From a virus, in IMG/VR virus record IMGVR_UViG_3300045988_009985: a DNA stretch of 43,260 bases; one strand, given 5' to 3'. The notes beneath the pieces were generated by a model, which worked only from the letters and a program-made list of their open reading frames with translations, made no database searches and was not told where the DNA came from. Below, piece by piece: positions 17,001-24,676 of the stretch (the stretch's first letter is position 1; the number at the start of each line of letters is the position of its first letter). A program made the position numbers and the translations under genes.

Positions 17001-17773
17001 TCCTTTGCGTCGTTGTAGCTGTGGGAGAAGATCTGCGCCGCGCTGGAGAGATAGTTGGGGTCCTTGGCCCGTGCCGCCGCCACATTCTTCAGCGTCTGCA
17101 CCAGCGCGGGGGAACTCTTGGCCGCCGTCTGCGCTGCCAAGGTGCCCGCCTTTGCCGCCGCGCTGGTGCCGCCGGAGGCGAAGGCGATGGCCAGCGAGGG
17201 CAGCGCCTCCACCGCAGACGCCAACAGATTCTCCCCCTTCTCCGCATACTGGCCACCCTTGGCGGTGTTTTCCGCGTACTTCTGCTGCAGCCCCTCCTGT
17301 TCGAGGGCAATATTTTCGTCCCATGCGTTGAAAAAACCGCGCTCGTTCATCGGTGCGATATTTCCAAACAGCGCGTTCCAGCCCTTGGCCACCGTGCGCT
17401 CTCCAAAGGCCAGCGGCGTGGTCACATCTCGTGCGATAGCCGAAAGACCCATGCCTCCCGCTTTCAGCAGGCCCTTTCCATAGTTGTACCCCTTGTTGGC
17501 CTGCTTGTCCGCACCATAATTCCCCGCGCCAAGGGCGGAAATATTGTAGTCGTTTTGCTTTTTGGAGCTGAAATATTCCTTGTTTGCCTGCATTGCAGCC
17601 TTGTCCGTATGCCATGCAACGCCGTCAGAGGAGCCTTTGCTCGTATCAACACCGACATATGTGGCCTTTGGGCCGCGCTTTTCCTGCGCTGCAGAGGGGC
17701 CAAGCGTTCCGGTATATGTTACTTTTCGCTTTTTCCCGTTTCGTTCGGTATTCCCAACGTAAGTTACCTTCAT
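11048..17773 (-). CDS. Giant multidomain virion-type protein (2241 aa) with one HExxH zincin motif
   Basis: It is a single uninterrupted ORF. The N-terminal approx 380 aa contain Gly/Ala-rich hydrophobic segments. AHEITH lies at 15836-15850. There is a low-GC domain at aa 800-1010, a coiled coil at aa 1030-1080 and a long C-terminal globular region. The gene sits in the late operon. Confidence 0.85.
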   Translation of the reverse strand: MKVTYVGNTERNGKKRKVTYTGTLGPSAAQEKRGPKATYVGVDTSKGSSDGVAWHTDKAAMQANKEYFSSKKQNDYNISALGAGNYGADKQANKGYNYGKGLLKAGGMGLSAIARDVTTPLAFGERTVAKGWNALFGNIAPMNERGFFNAWDENIALEQEGLQQKYAENTAKGGQYAEKGENLLASAVEALPSLAIAFASGGTSAAAKAGTLAAQTAAKSSPALVQTLKNVAAARAKDPNYLSSAAQIFSHSYNDAKEEGVDDKRAALYAIGNALLGSEIEISGGIQNLPGKVANQAAWRTLVNTMLDEGKEEVLQGIIDRTLQNAVYDADNPYFGVNENAIFDPGTAAEEFAGGAIVGGLLSGGTMGVNALANRVAYGAAKAQYNRDVQQNTAPEMNAKSAEAVEAVTRGETITGNQAAAIARDPVAVEVLEQRTGVKLDTDKPISQVKRDIAGLASREVTQETQRATPPSPAVQKRAEKRVGGFLENGQKAYQEMSRTAEDAPSLYAGFSSVYNAGLNGIEADKAKGKYAAMLTPEQRYAAYNAGLEDARAQVARENAEVASVTTTAGAGLADNEYSRYLIAAKKDTAATLNTWGKKLGVRIKIVDQVLGGRANGQYIKEQNLIQIAADSGKPLLNVTAHEITHRMQDLSPSEYRKFRQAAVEYKMRENGADTEAEIVERYMETAEQEGVTLTRDDVMDELAADFAGDMLDDAALFAKFSKENRTAAQKLLDSLKEFLAKVKTAFTGKYRDMAAQEAYGKDFVELENIAKQWQAAFDAAERQAEKAKTAAGEGDGDKRFSLKSFSEQAVSTALYDALNEKATRQNQLIPVSIMPRYISEKLGINGDIYIQRDHAYENMVSKAQAIQDGRPTQHKGAEVHFHDLGVEKMTRAIMSINEPIMTISTKTKDGNPAVIMMLPEYGNNDAPLYAVLSFYSRKAISPENREMRPHVVLTIAERNFFENGGRVGWDKLIRNAIKDGRVLDYNKKERGNLSEVAQPAGLGDITDASLKENLAQFQKEVKRFKESNNIRYQLRSAAEVEREARELKKERNALAKQNEALKQRVQELKGEMRISKEPSVVLRDVKKLGQNLIREYGSDVKYADVQSEMDALAKAVMKRDVTMEDLMPHAKAVAEAIVDNTSELTEYGAELLEIRDYLKRQTIQFGGDMANYGDFRKSHMGTLKLNKSNGTSVDTVYGELTEMFGEGYFPSDVYTEADKLLQIGDVLDGLDSVYHNPFEGYRDAAVQEIANQLIDGMISDQVRQKKTYADRRALEKQEAVGRVREMLSRERQKRRDDVNALRKKYNEKTKKGSERRKATAMRARIARHTGAISRKLVNPTDKQHIPEELRVVVAALLRNINLESANSYDENGRLRKNADGDPTRRTLEADRLKQIYDDILDNEGNMVVDPALTESGGLLDSLSALGGKRIADMNVTELETVWNTVRAIETTLTSYDRTLANQKYARTSEWAESLMMGSMSRKRRNRKISLDMADPYTFFSAYGDGGMQVYRTLRNAQDREHVMLMELRNAAKKFLDADVYKNRGERHTFTTSRGVELTLTTDQIMNLYNLARRGEQAMHHLTVGGIVQPEIQRNGKLKAIPRGNDNILLTEEDIKAITSVLTPEQIKVANGLQKLASTKLAEWGNEASMQVYGYRKFKEENYWPIKAAKDAVASSVEKDADNARSIKNMGSAKALTPNASNALDIGGAYDVFAQNASDMIKYATLLAPMEDINRLYNYRYRDSMGNLTGKNVRQVLSGVYGDAAQSYWRNLMRDVQNGMVKSASSTTRTVERIVGNTKGAAVGANLRVIIQQPTAYCRAAVVLEPENMTKGLTKGATAGNGWDKARKWAAIAGIKDTSGFDQGSRYTISREVYGSDGNVREWLNDKSMALAGKADAVTWGKIWNACEWQVAANTNTEVGSDAYYRQVAELFTDVIDQTQVVDGVMQRTQIMRDSDALTRQATSFMGEPLKSLNVLMRAYDAWVYETNPHKRSKALKQLKRSVGALLVTDVVNALAQSIVDGLRDDDKDKNWAERILEAFTGYSGDEKNAGEAVKNVVLGGNLISNINPVGRIPYLKDILSILQGYTVDRMDAAAADDIIRTSKTFIKGLGGDSKTTTAYNLKQVMLMCSKVFGISVGNMGRDMWSIARSIANDTGNVRVMFEMEKAIYRMDRSAGNRKRWCELLYRAQKDKDTETARLIYKEMLEHGYEASDVRQGVEGIMKNEQGVESVKELKNRWRAP

Positions 17774-17781
17774 ACGGCCTC

Positions 17782-18855
17782 CTAATCAGAAACGTTAAAG
17801 CCCATTTTCTTAATATCCTGTTTTTGTTTCGGGCTAAGATCATCCCACACAGATTCTACCAACTGCGCCGCTCCCTCGGCATCCCCGGCATACAGCCGCC
17901 CACTTATTGTTCTCTGTATGTCGCTGAAAGAAGCAACGCCGCTGCCTGTCGCCTTTACCTTGTTGCCGGAATTTTCGATGCGCGGCCCGGTCCCTGCGGT
18001 AAAATCAAATTGATAATCCGCAGAATTGTTCTTCGTCTGCGCTGACGACCTTGCCGCTGCCTGCGCTGCTGCCTTCTGCGCGTTATAATCAGCCAAGCTG
18101 TCCCTGTACCGGTCATATTCGTCGTTGGCCAGATTGCGGTACAGGTTGGCGTTGTCCAGCAAATCGCTTCGATCCTGCGAGTACATCTGCCGTGCTACCT
18201 CCTCCAGCTGTGCCATGTACTGGTTGTACTGCTGCTGCGCCGCCGTGGTGGCATAGCTGGATGCAAGGCCGCCGGTGCGGCTGGCCACCTGACCAAGAAC
18301 GTCCTGCATGCTCATCCGCCCGTTATTTCCGTACCGGTCAGCCAATGCCTGATACTGACTTCCCTTTGTCCAGTCATCATAGTTCATGCTGATCAGCTGT
18401 TTGGCCAACTCATTCAGCGTGTCCATGTACTCGCTGTTGTAGGTGGGCAGCTCGTCAATGCTGGCGGGGAGGGTTACCTGCTGATTCGATCCGTAAGATC
18501 CGCCGCTGGATGCCCCGCCTCTGCCGGTATCCGTCGGCAAGAAGGAAATGCCTGCGCCGCCACGGATCGCCCCGGCAAGAACAGCATCCGGGGAAAGTCC
18601 GCTCGGTGTTCGCGGAATAGCGCCGGTAATCGCCCCAGTTACCGCTGCGGTCGGTCCCGTGGTTGAATAGTTCCGAGGTGCCGCACCGGAAACGGCCCCT
18701 GCAATGCTTGGCGTGGGCGTTATGGTGCTCCGGGAGCCGTTGATGTTGCCAATGTTGTAGGGGCCGACCCCCCAAGATTTTTCAATGGCATTTGCCAAAG
18801 ACGGCAGTGTGGTCTTTTTCTTCCCAATATCGTCGTATTTTTTTCTGATATCCAT
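17782..18855 (-). CDS. Hypothetical virion protein (357 aa)
   Basis: It lies in the late operon. The N-terminal half is Gly/Ser/Thr-rich and the C-terminal half is helical and Q/Y-rich. Confidence 0.6.
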   Translation of the reverse strand: MDIRKKYDDIGKKKTTLPSLANAIEKSWGVGPYNIGNINGSRSTITPTPSIAGAVSGAAPRNYSTTGPTAAVTGAITGAIPRTPSGLSPDAVLAGAIRGGAGISFLPTDTGRGGASSGGSYGSNQQVTLPASIDELPTYNSEYMDTLNELAKQLISMNYDDWTKGSQYQALADRYGNNGRMSMQDVLGQVASRTGGLASSYATTAAQQQYNQYMAQLEEVARQMYSQDRSDLLDNANLYRNLANDEYDRYRDSLADYNAQKAAAQAAARSSAQTKNNSADYQFDFTAGTGPRIENSGNKVKATGSGVASFSDIQRTISGRLYAGDAEGAAQLVESVWDDLSPKQKQDIKKMGFNVSD

Positions 18856-19214
18856 TATGTGCCCTCCGTGTTGTTGTTTTCCAGTGCCGTCACGCGCTGT
18901 TCCAGTGCCGTCACGCGGCCAGCCAGCGCAGTTTGGTCATTGCTCAGTGTCGTAACGCTTTGCAGCAGTGCAGATATGCTGGCACTGTGGCTGTTCACTG
19001 TGCTCTGCAATGCGGACACTGTGTTTTGAAGCGCAGTCAGCAAAATGTAAATCTCGGCACTGGAAACGCCTGCCGCACTGACTGTTTTGCCAACATTACT
19101 GATGGCCCAATCTGTCCGCTGACACATATACCTGATATAATCCTCGATGATTTGGAACGCAGTCTCAGGGTCTGATTTTGGTATAGCGTTTAGGCTCTCC
19201 GGAAATACGATCAC
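18855..19214 (-). CDS. Coiled-coil protein (fibre/needle-like)
   Basis: It shows a heptad-like pattern: LQNTVSALQSTVNSHSASISALLQSVTTLSNDQTALAGRVTALEQRVTALE. Confidence 0.55.
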   Translation of the reverse strand: MIVFPESLNAIPKSDPETAFQIIEDYIRYMCQRTDWAISNVGKTVSAAGVSSAEIYILLTALQNTVSALQSTVNSHSASISALLQSVTTLSNDQTALAGRVTALEQRVTALENNNTEGT

Positions 19215-20749
19215 GTCACATCACTCCCCAAAATAAATTCTCTGGATATACCGAGAACCGCGCACGGGCCTTTTCCCTCCAACCGAAGCTCAAATTTATC
19301 GCAACGGTTTGCAGCAAACCGCATCCGCGTCACATTGACCTCGCGTCCGATCAGTCTTCCGCACTCCTTCCACGGCTTTCCATCGCAGCGCATTTTGACG
19401 ATCACATAGCTTCCCACCGGCAATTCCACCCGCATCAGCATCCGTGAATACGCTTTTTTCCCGTTCAGCGTTTCATACATCGGCGCAAATTGCACCATCC
19501 ACATCTGCGTCTGCGGCGTTTCCTCTCCATCCAGCAGATAAATGTTTCCGCTGCCGTCCAGCATATAAAGCTGCCGACCCAGCCGCGCAAAATCTACCGC
19601 CTTTGTCTCATCCTCCAGCACCCAAATGCCTGTTTTGGTCTCGTACACCATCAGGCGGCTTGTGTCACCGTCTTTTACGCTCAGGTAATATCTGTCTCCG
19701 TCGTTTCCTGCCACCGCGTCCGAAAAAACTTTTTCGCCGAAATTCTCACTGATCAGCGTAGGCGTACCGCCGGAATAGGCGTACACCCCGTGAGGCCCTT
19801 TGTAAAACAGCGTGTCGTTAATGACCTGCTGGCTCTTGTGACACCCATCTTGCAGACCTTCCAGCTCGTAAGTGTACATGGAATATTCTGCCGGATAGCC
19901 GCCCAGCATTTTGTGCAGTTTTGTTTCCTTCCAAAACAACACGGAAGAGCTGAGCTTGCAGCATCCTGTAAATTTTCCATCCGTGCCGACCGCCAGCGTA
20001 TAGGAATCCGTTGAAAGTCCTTCGTACACATAAAAGTTGGTGGGGTCTCCCAGCGCACTGGCGTACAGTGTCTGTGTTGTACTGTTGCACCCCCATAACC
20101 GGTTTTCGCTTTCGCAGATAAAATCAAGATCCGGAATTTTTCGCTCTATCTTGATGCTTGTGCTGGTTTCCGTCGCCTCTGTAAAGGTATTGTCCGCCAC
20201 GGTGATTTCCTTGGCAGTGACGGCTTTGATCACAAAATCCTTATTGTTCGCGCTCTGCGTCACACAACCGGATAGCGTAACTCCGTCGCCCGCCTTGAAA
20301 AGCGTTGTCAGGTCCGTCCACCCGCTTACCGTCATTTTATTCTTCGTAAACTTGGCTTTGCTTCCCGTCACCGTCGCCGCCAGCGGCTTTATTTTTTTGG
20401 AGTTAATATCCAGATACACCTTGTCCGGCCATATCACCATCTTCGTGTTGATCACGGCGAACTGCTTTTGCCCTGCTGTCACTGTCCCGATCTTTTTCCC
20501 ATCATACAGCAGAGATGTCCCCTGTACCACGACCAGCTTTCCCCATGCCGTCATTGCCGTGGCGTTCTTATAGGGGTCTTTTTTCACGCGGCCTTTTCTC
20601 GTGGTAATATAGGGCCACCGTCTGGCAGACACATTCAGGCTATCCCGTAAATCGCCGTCTTTCAGCGCATCCGACCAGTTGATGCCGCGCATCTGTACAA
20701 TATCCACTTTGTTTGGCCGCAAATCATACGGCAATTCCGGCATTCGCAT
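19211..20749 (-). CDS. Large beta-rich virion/tail protein (512 aa)
   Basis: It starts MRMPELPYD, overlapping the upstream stop by 1 nt. Repeated beta-strand-rich segments are consistent with a propeller or tail-hub-like protein. No named motif was recognised. Confidence 0.6.
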   Translation of the reverse strand: MRMPELPYDLRPNKVDIVQMRGINWSDALKDGDLRDSLNVSARRWPYITTRKGRVKKDPYKNATAMTAWGKLVVVQGTSLLYDGKKIGTVTAGQKQFAVINTKMVIWPDKVYLDINSKKIKPLAATVTGSKAKFTKNKMTVSGWTDLTTLFKAGDGVTLSGCVTQSANNKDFVIKAVTAKEITVADNTFTEATETSTSIKIERKIPDLDFICESENRLWGCNSTTQTLYASALGDPTNFYVYEGLSTDSYTLAVGTDGKFTGCCKLSSSVLFWKETKLHKMLGGYPAEYSMYTYELEGLQDGCHKSQQVINDTLFYKGPHGVYAYSGGTPTLISENFGEKVFSDAVAGNDGDRYYLSVKDGDTSRLMVYETKTGIWVLEDETKAVDFARLGRQLYMLDGSGNIYLLDGEETPQTQMWMVQFAPMYETLNGKKAYSRMLMRVELPVGSYVIVKMRCDGKPWKECGRLIGREVNVTRMRFAANRCDKFELRLEGKGPCAVLGISREFILGSDVT

Positions 20750-21096
20750 CACATCACCTGCACACTTCCGCCATACGCAGGGCAGTTGTTCCGCCGCCAC
20801 CACGCCAGCGCCTCACCCAGCGCCTCGTCATACACGGCTTTGTCGTTGCCGTACAGCGCTGTTTCGTTGTTGTAGTAGTCAATTTGGCTGCACAGATACA
20901 GCACATATACCCGGTCATAGGGGGAAGGGAGCAGCAGCTCCCCGTCCCCCGTGGGCCAGTCGTGTACGCGAGATTCTGTGCATATCCGTTCTGCGATCTC
21001 CTTATCCAGTCCCATCACCCACGCCGCCTTTTGCTCGTCGCTGATGGTATTCATCCGCAGCTCATCCGCCTTGGAGATCGTTCCCGTTACTGTCAT
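20749..21096 (-). CDS. Hypothetical protein, possibly a head-tail adaptor
   Basis: YLCSQIDYYNNETALYGNDKAVYDEALGEALAWWRR resembles connector/adaptor-type proteins, but the resemblance is weak. Confidence 0.45.
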   Translation of the reverse strand: MTVTGTISKADELRMNTISDEQKAAWVMGLDKEIAERICTESRVHDWPTGDGELLLPSPYDRVYVLYLCSQIDYYNNETALYGNDKAVYDEALGEALAWWRRNNCPAYGGSVQVM

Positions 21097-21107
21097 GCCG
21101 CACCTCC

Positions 21108-21908
21108 TTACTCCCCCAGCAGCTTGCCCCAGGTGCCTTTACCGGCGATACCGTCCGCACCAAGCTTGTACTTGGTCTGGAACTTCTTCAGCGCCGCCTC
21201 GGTGCCGCCGCCGAAGTCTCCGTCCGCACCGGCAGAGCCGCAGGAGAACCCGTAGGCGATCAGCGCCGCCTGCAGCGTCTTCACGTCCGCGCCCTTCATG
21301 CCGCGCCTGAGCATCCGTACCTGCATGGGCAGCGTCGCGTCCTTCTCCGCAGGCACCGGCACCGGCGCGTTGGCGCTCTCCACGAAGGGTACGCTCAGCG
21401 CCGCGCACAGCCCCTTGGCGATGGTCTCGCCGATCAGGGTGGTGTTGTCGATGATCCACTGCGCGATGCGGGGGACATCGTGGAAGTCCGTCTCGATGTA
21501 CACCGTCGTGGCGGCAGGATGCTTCACCTCGTACAGTGCGGGGTATGCCCGGATAACATCCGGTGCACCCGGCGTCACAGGCCCCAGCACATCCAGCACC
21601 GCCTGACACGCCTTGTACCCGGCGCTGTTCCGGTCGCCGCTGTAACAGAACAGATGCGTACCGCTGGCCTTGCCGTTGCAGGCGTTGGAGTGGATGGGCA
21701 CATGCAGGTCAGCCTTGAAGCGGTTGGACGCCGCCACACGGTTTGCCATAGTGTCGTACTGCCCCAGCATCACTTCCACACCGGAGCGCTCCAGCGCGGC
21801 CTTGCAAGCCTCTGCGATGCGCCCGCACTGGATGGCCTCGGTAGTGCCGCCCACCGCATAGCTGTTGCTTCGCTGGTTGCTGGGGGACAGAAACACCCTC
21901 TTAGCCAT
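21108..21908 (-). CDS. Endolysin: N-acetylmuramoyl-L-alanine amidase (Amidase_3-like) plus a PG_binding_1 domain
   Basis: The N-terminal part reads FLSPSNQ...ADLHVPIHSNA...TDFHD. The C-terminal part reads GADVKTLQAALIAYGFSCGSAGADGDFGGGTEAALKKFQ. The holin gene is adjacent. Confidence 0.85.
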   Translation of the reverse strand: MAKRVFLSPSNQRSNSYAVGGTTEAIQCGRIAEACKAALERSGVEVMLGQYDTMANRVAASNRFKADLHVPIHSNACNGKASGTHLFCYSGDRNSAGYKACQAVLDVLGPVTPGAPDVIRAYPALYEVKHPAATTVYIETDFHDVPRIAQWIIDNTTLIGETIAKGLCAALSVPFVESANAPVPVPAEKDATLPMQVRMLRRGMKGADVKTLQAALIAYGFSCGSAGADGDFGGGTEAALKKFQTKYKLGADGIAGKGTWGKLLGE

Positions 21909-22116
21909 TGTTGCCAGCCTCCTTGTGGTACTGCGCCGTGCTGATGCACAGCACCGCGCCGAGGAACGTGTCCACGGCGGTGATGGTGGTCACCACCTCG
22001 TCAGCGTAGGGCCACGCCCATACCGCCGCCAGCGCCGCGTACAGCGTGGCCACGGCGGGCATAACGATGATGACCAGCCATTTCAGGATGTCGTATACCT
22101 TGTTGTTCAGTTTCAT
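21901..22116 (-). CDS. Holin (Dp-1-like family)
   Basis: KVYDILKWLVIIVMPAVATLYAALAAVWAWPYADEVVTTITAVDTFLGAVL provides two hydrophobic helices. The gene overlaps the endolysin start. Confidence 0.75.
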   Translation of the reverse strand: MKLNNKVYDILKWLVIIVMPAVATLYAALAAVWAWPYADEVVTTITAVDTFLGAVLCISTAQYHKEAGNNG

Positions 22117-22158
22117 AACAAATTCCTTTCCGGCCTGTCGGCCTGTTCAATTTTTGTC

Positions 22159-22488
22159 TCACCGTATGGGCAGCTTCCGCACTTCCTCCATGACGCGCCG
22201 TGCGCTGCCGTTGCCGCCCATCTCCTCATACGGCTCGTAGAGGTACACCTGCAAGTTCTCATACTCGTCCTGTGTGACGTAGCCCCGCTCGATGTACACC
22301 ATGCCGAGGTGGATAATGCGGTCGTGGGCCAGCCCCACCAGCATCTTCCGCTCCGCATCGTCTGCCTTGCTGCGCTTGGCCGTCAGCTCCATCCGCTTGA
22401 GGATCACCTTGCTCACCACGCCCCACAGGGCGGTGGAGGTCAACAGTGCCACAAGAAGCGGCACGCCGACATTTGTCCACACTTCCAT
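22159..22488 (-). CDS. Single-pass membrane protein, possibly a second holin or lysis regulator
   Basis: AGGAGGTG precedes the ATG at 22488. The N-terminal TM helix is WTNVGVPLLVALLTSTALWGVV. The longer track ORF extending to 22899 is a shadow over the fibre gene. Confidence 0.6.
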   Translation of the reverse strand: MEVWTNVGVPLLVALLTSTALWGVVSKVILKRMELTAKRSKADDAERKMLVGLAHDRIIHLGMVYIERGYVTQDEYENLQVYLYEPYEEMGGNGSARRVMEEVRKLPIR

Positions 22489-22499
22489 CCGGTCACCTC

Positions 22500-23633
22500 C
22501 TACAACTCGGCGCTGAGCACGATCTGTGCCCCTTGCCGCATGAACAGGGCGTAGGTCTCGCCCGCCGTCAGGCCGCTGGACGTAAAGATCAGACTTCGCA
22601 TGCTGCAAGCCCCGCCGGTCTGCATTGCCCAGCCGCCCGTGACCCTGGTGACGTCCTTCAAGGCGCTGGACGTTTTGCCCGCCTTGAAACGCGATACGCC
22701 GCCGGTTGGGATGGTGGGTGTAGGCGATATGCGCATGGGAACAGCCAGTGGGATGGGTACCCACAGGTCGACGGTGTTGTTGGCGTACCCGATGGCCACG
22801 CCGTTGCCGCTTGTGTCGTAGGGCGTGGCGATGACTTGCAGATAGCGCATACACTTGGTCAACTCCTCGCCGTAGTCGGGCATCTCGTTCAACACCCACG
22901 CGCCGCTGCTGTTCTGATGGGCCAGCGTCTGCTCCGTCCCCACCTCCAGTTTGACGGCCACGAGTTTTTTCCCCGCCGCCGTGACTGTGACCGTCTTGGT
23001 TGCGCTGTCGTAGGTCGGCACCACATCGCCCACTCCGGCCTGCGTCAGGGCAGATGCCGTCACAGTGCCGACCGGCGCAGTCTCCAACACCTGCTGCATG
23101 GTTCCGTTCAGCGTGATGCCGTCCGTGTTGATCGTCACGCTGCCGCTCACCAGCTTCCAGCGGTCCAGAAAATACCCTGCGCTGCTGATGGTGCCGCTGA
23201 CGTCCCGCTGGTTCACCGGATCGCCGAAATACCAGTTGTCCAGCAGGTTCCTGTTGCAGGGCTGCACTTTGGCAGCGATGACGCTTCCGCTGATGGCGAT
23301 ACCATCGCCCGCCGTATACGGTGCAGGTGCGCCGATGTTTGACCGAGCCTGCGCCTTCTGGGCGTCGGTCAGAGTTTGCGGGGCATTGTACTTGACGGCG
23401 TTTTGTACGTCTGCAAGATCACGCCCAAATTGCGCCTCAGAGCCGACATAGCCACTGGCAGATGCCGTTTCGTATGCGCTTTTCCCGTCAGCCCCAGGGT
23501 CGCCCTGCGCACCGGGCGCACCGTCCTTGCCGGGAAGCCCTCGTTCGCCTTGTTTTCCTTCTGCACCGGCTGGGCCTGTCGCGCCCTGCGCGCCAGCTGG
23601 GCCGACCACCAGTCCCAAATCAATTTCAGGCAT
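22500..23633 (-). CDS. Collagen-like tail fibre / receptor-binding protein
   Basis: The N-terminus has G-X-Y repeats (GPAGAQGATGPAGAEGKQGERGLPGKDGAPGAQGDPGADGK). The C-terminal domain is beta-rich. Confidence 0.75.
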   Translation of the reverse strand: MPEIDLGLVVGPAGAQGATGPAGAEGKQGERGLPGKDGAPGAQGDPGADGKSAYETASASGYVGSEAQFGRDLADVQNAVKYNAPQTLTDAQKAQARSNIGAPAPYTAGDGIAISGSVIAAKVQPCNRNLLDNWYFGDPVNQRDVSGTISSAGYFLDRWKLVSGSVTINTDGITLNGTMQQVLETAPVGTVTASALTQAGVGDVVPTYDSATKTVTVTAAGKKLVAVKLEVGTEQTLAHQNSSGAWVLNEMPDYGEELTKCMRYLQVIATPYDTSGNGVAIGYANNTVDLWVPIPLAVPMRISPTPTIPTGGVSRFKAGKTSSALKDVTRVTGGWAMQTGGACSMRSLIFTSSGLTAGETYALFMRQGAQIVLSAEL

Positions 23634-23646
23634 TTCCTGTTCCTCC

Positions 23647-24660
23647 TTACACTGTCAGTATTAAATGACCGGCGCTGTTAATGGAGAGATTCGGCGGTAC
23701 GTTCCCCGTATAAGACAGGATCAGATGTCCGGTCTCATCGATCCGAAAACCATACATACCATCCGCCTCTACCACTGCGCCAGCTGGGCCGGTATCGCCC
23801 TTTTCGCCGGGCGCACCGTCCTTGCCGGGCGCACCGTCCTTGCCGGGCGCACCGTCCTTGCCGGGGATGCCCTGTTGTCCGGTGGCTCCTGTCGGGCCGG
23901 TTTTTCCTTTTCCGCTGATGCTGCTTTTGTAAAAGCTGCCGCTTTCCGAATCCCATAGCATCCAGTATCCGTCCCCGCCTAAATATGGGTATTTCCCAAC
24001 GGCGCTTTCCGCCTTTGCTGCGGACTGTCCGGCTGAAACGGCGTCACTTTTTGCTGAAACGGCATCTTGTTTGGCGCTTTTCGCGCTTGCCGCCGCTTTC
24101 GTTTCGCTTTCTCTTGCGGCATTGGCGTTATATGCCGCGCTGATTTCACTTTGTTTAGCGGCATTTTTGCTTTTCTCGGCATCTTCGGCGGCGGATCGTG
24201 CATCCGCTATCGTTCCGATGATCGCTTCGATCTGTGTCTGCATCTGCGCTGCCTGTGTAGGCGGCACATCCTGTTCCGTTTCTGCGCTGCCGCTCCACTT
24301 GCTTTCGCCCACCGTAAAGGTGCCATATACCGCCGTAGTCGCCCTCGCCTCTTTGCCGCCGGAAGCCTCTGCCCCCTTGATGGCAAGTGCCATATCTCCC
24401 GCGTACTTTTTTGCCCCGTTCGGCACCGGCACAAGGTAGACGTTGGTGGTGCCGCTCTCCAACATTTGTGCAGCCAGCAGCACCTCCACGGTGTTCTCGC
24501 CCAGCGCGTCGCAGAACTGTACCGTTTTTGCCAGCCCATCCCACATAGGCGAGAACTCCATCCGAAGCACCACATCGTTGTGGCTTCCCGCCGCGCCGAT
24601 CAGCACCTTGTCACCGGCGATGTATTCATTCTGTATTTTCAGCGGGATTGTTCTTGTCAT
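23647..24660 (-). CDS. Fibre/baseplate-type protein: BppU-like N-terminus, Ala/Ser-rich coil, collagen-like repeat
   Basis: The N-terminus reads IPLKIQNEYIAGDKVLIGAAGSHNDVVLRMEF, followed by an AAxSAxxA coil and then GKTGPTGATGQQGIPGKDGAPGKDGAPGKDGAPGEKGDTGPAG. Confidence 0.7.
   Translation of the reverse strand: MTRTIPLKIQNEYIAGDKVLIGAAGSHNDVVLRMEFSPMWDGLAKTVQFCDALGENTVEVLLAAQMLESGTTNVYLVPVPNGAKKYAGDMALAIKGAEASGGKEARATTAVYGTFTVGESKWSGSAETEQDVPPTQAAQMQTQIEAIIGTIADARSAAEDAEKSKNAAKQSEISAAYNANAARESETKAAASAKSAKQDAVSAKSDAVSAGQSAAKAESAVGKYPYLGGDGYWMLWDSESGSFYKSSISGKGKTGPTGATGQQGIPGKDGAPGKDGAPGKDGAPGEKGDTGPAGAVVEADGMYGFRIDETGHLILSYTGNVPPNLSINSAGHLILTV
23809..23862. repeat. 18-bp x 3 perfect tandem repeat encoding (GKDGAP)3
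   Basis: gggcgcaccgtccttgcc occurs three times. A near copy, ggcgcaccgtccttgccggg, also occurs in the neighbouring fibre gene at about 23517. Confidence 0.9.
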
Positions 24661-24676
24661 GTTTCACGTCCTTTCT

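Noticed and set aside
12872-17785. Very long plus-strand ORFs (619 aa at 12872..14731 and 649 aa at 15836..17785) opposite the giant gene
   Set aside because: They are Arg/Pro/His/Leu-rich shadow ORFs typical of the antisense strand of GC-rich genes. They have no RBS and no motifs. The minus-strand ORF is uninterrupted and protein-like.
22489-22899. N-terminal extension of ORF 22159..22899 (246 aa)
   Set aside because: The extension overlaps the fibre gene in another frame and is Arg/His-rich. A strong AGGAGGTG and an ATG at 22488 give a sensible 109-aa membrane protein.
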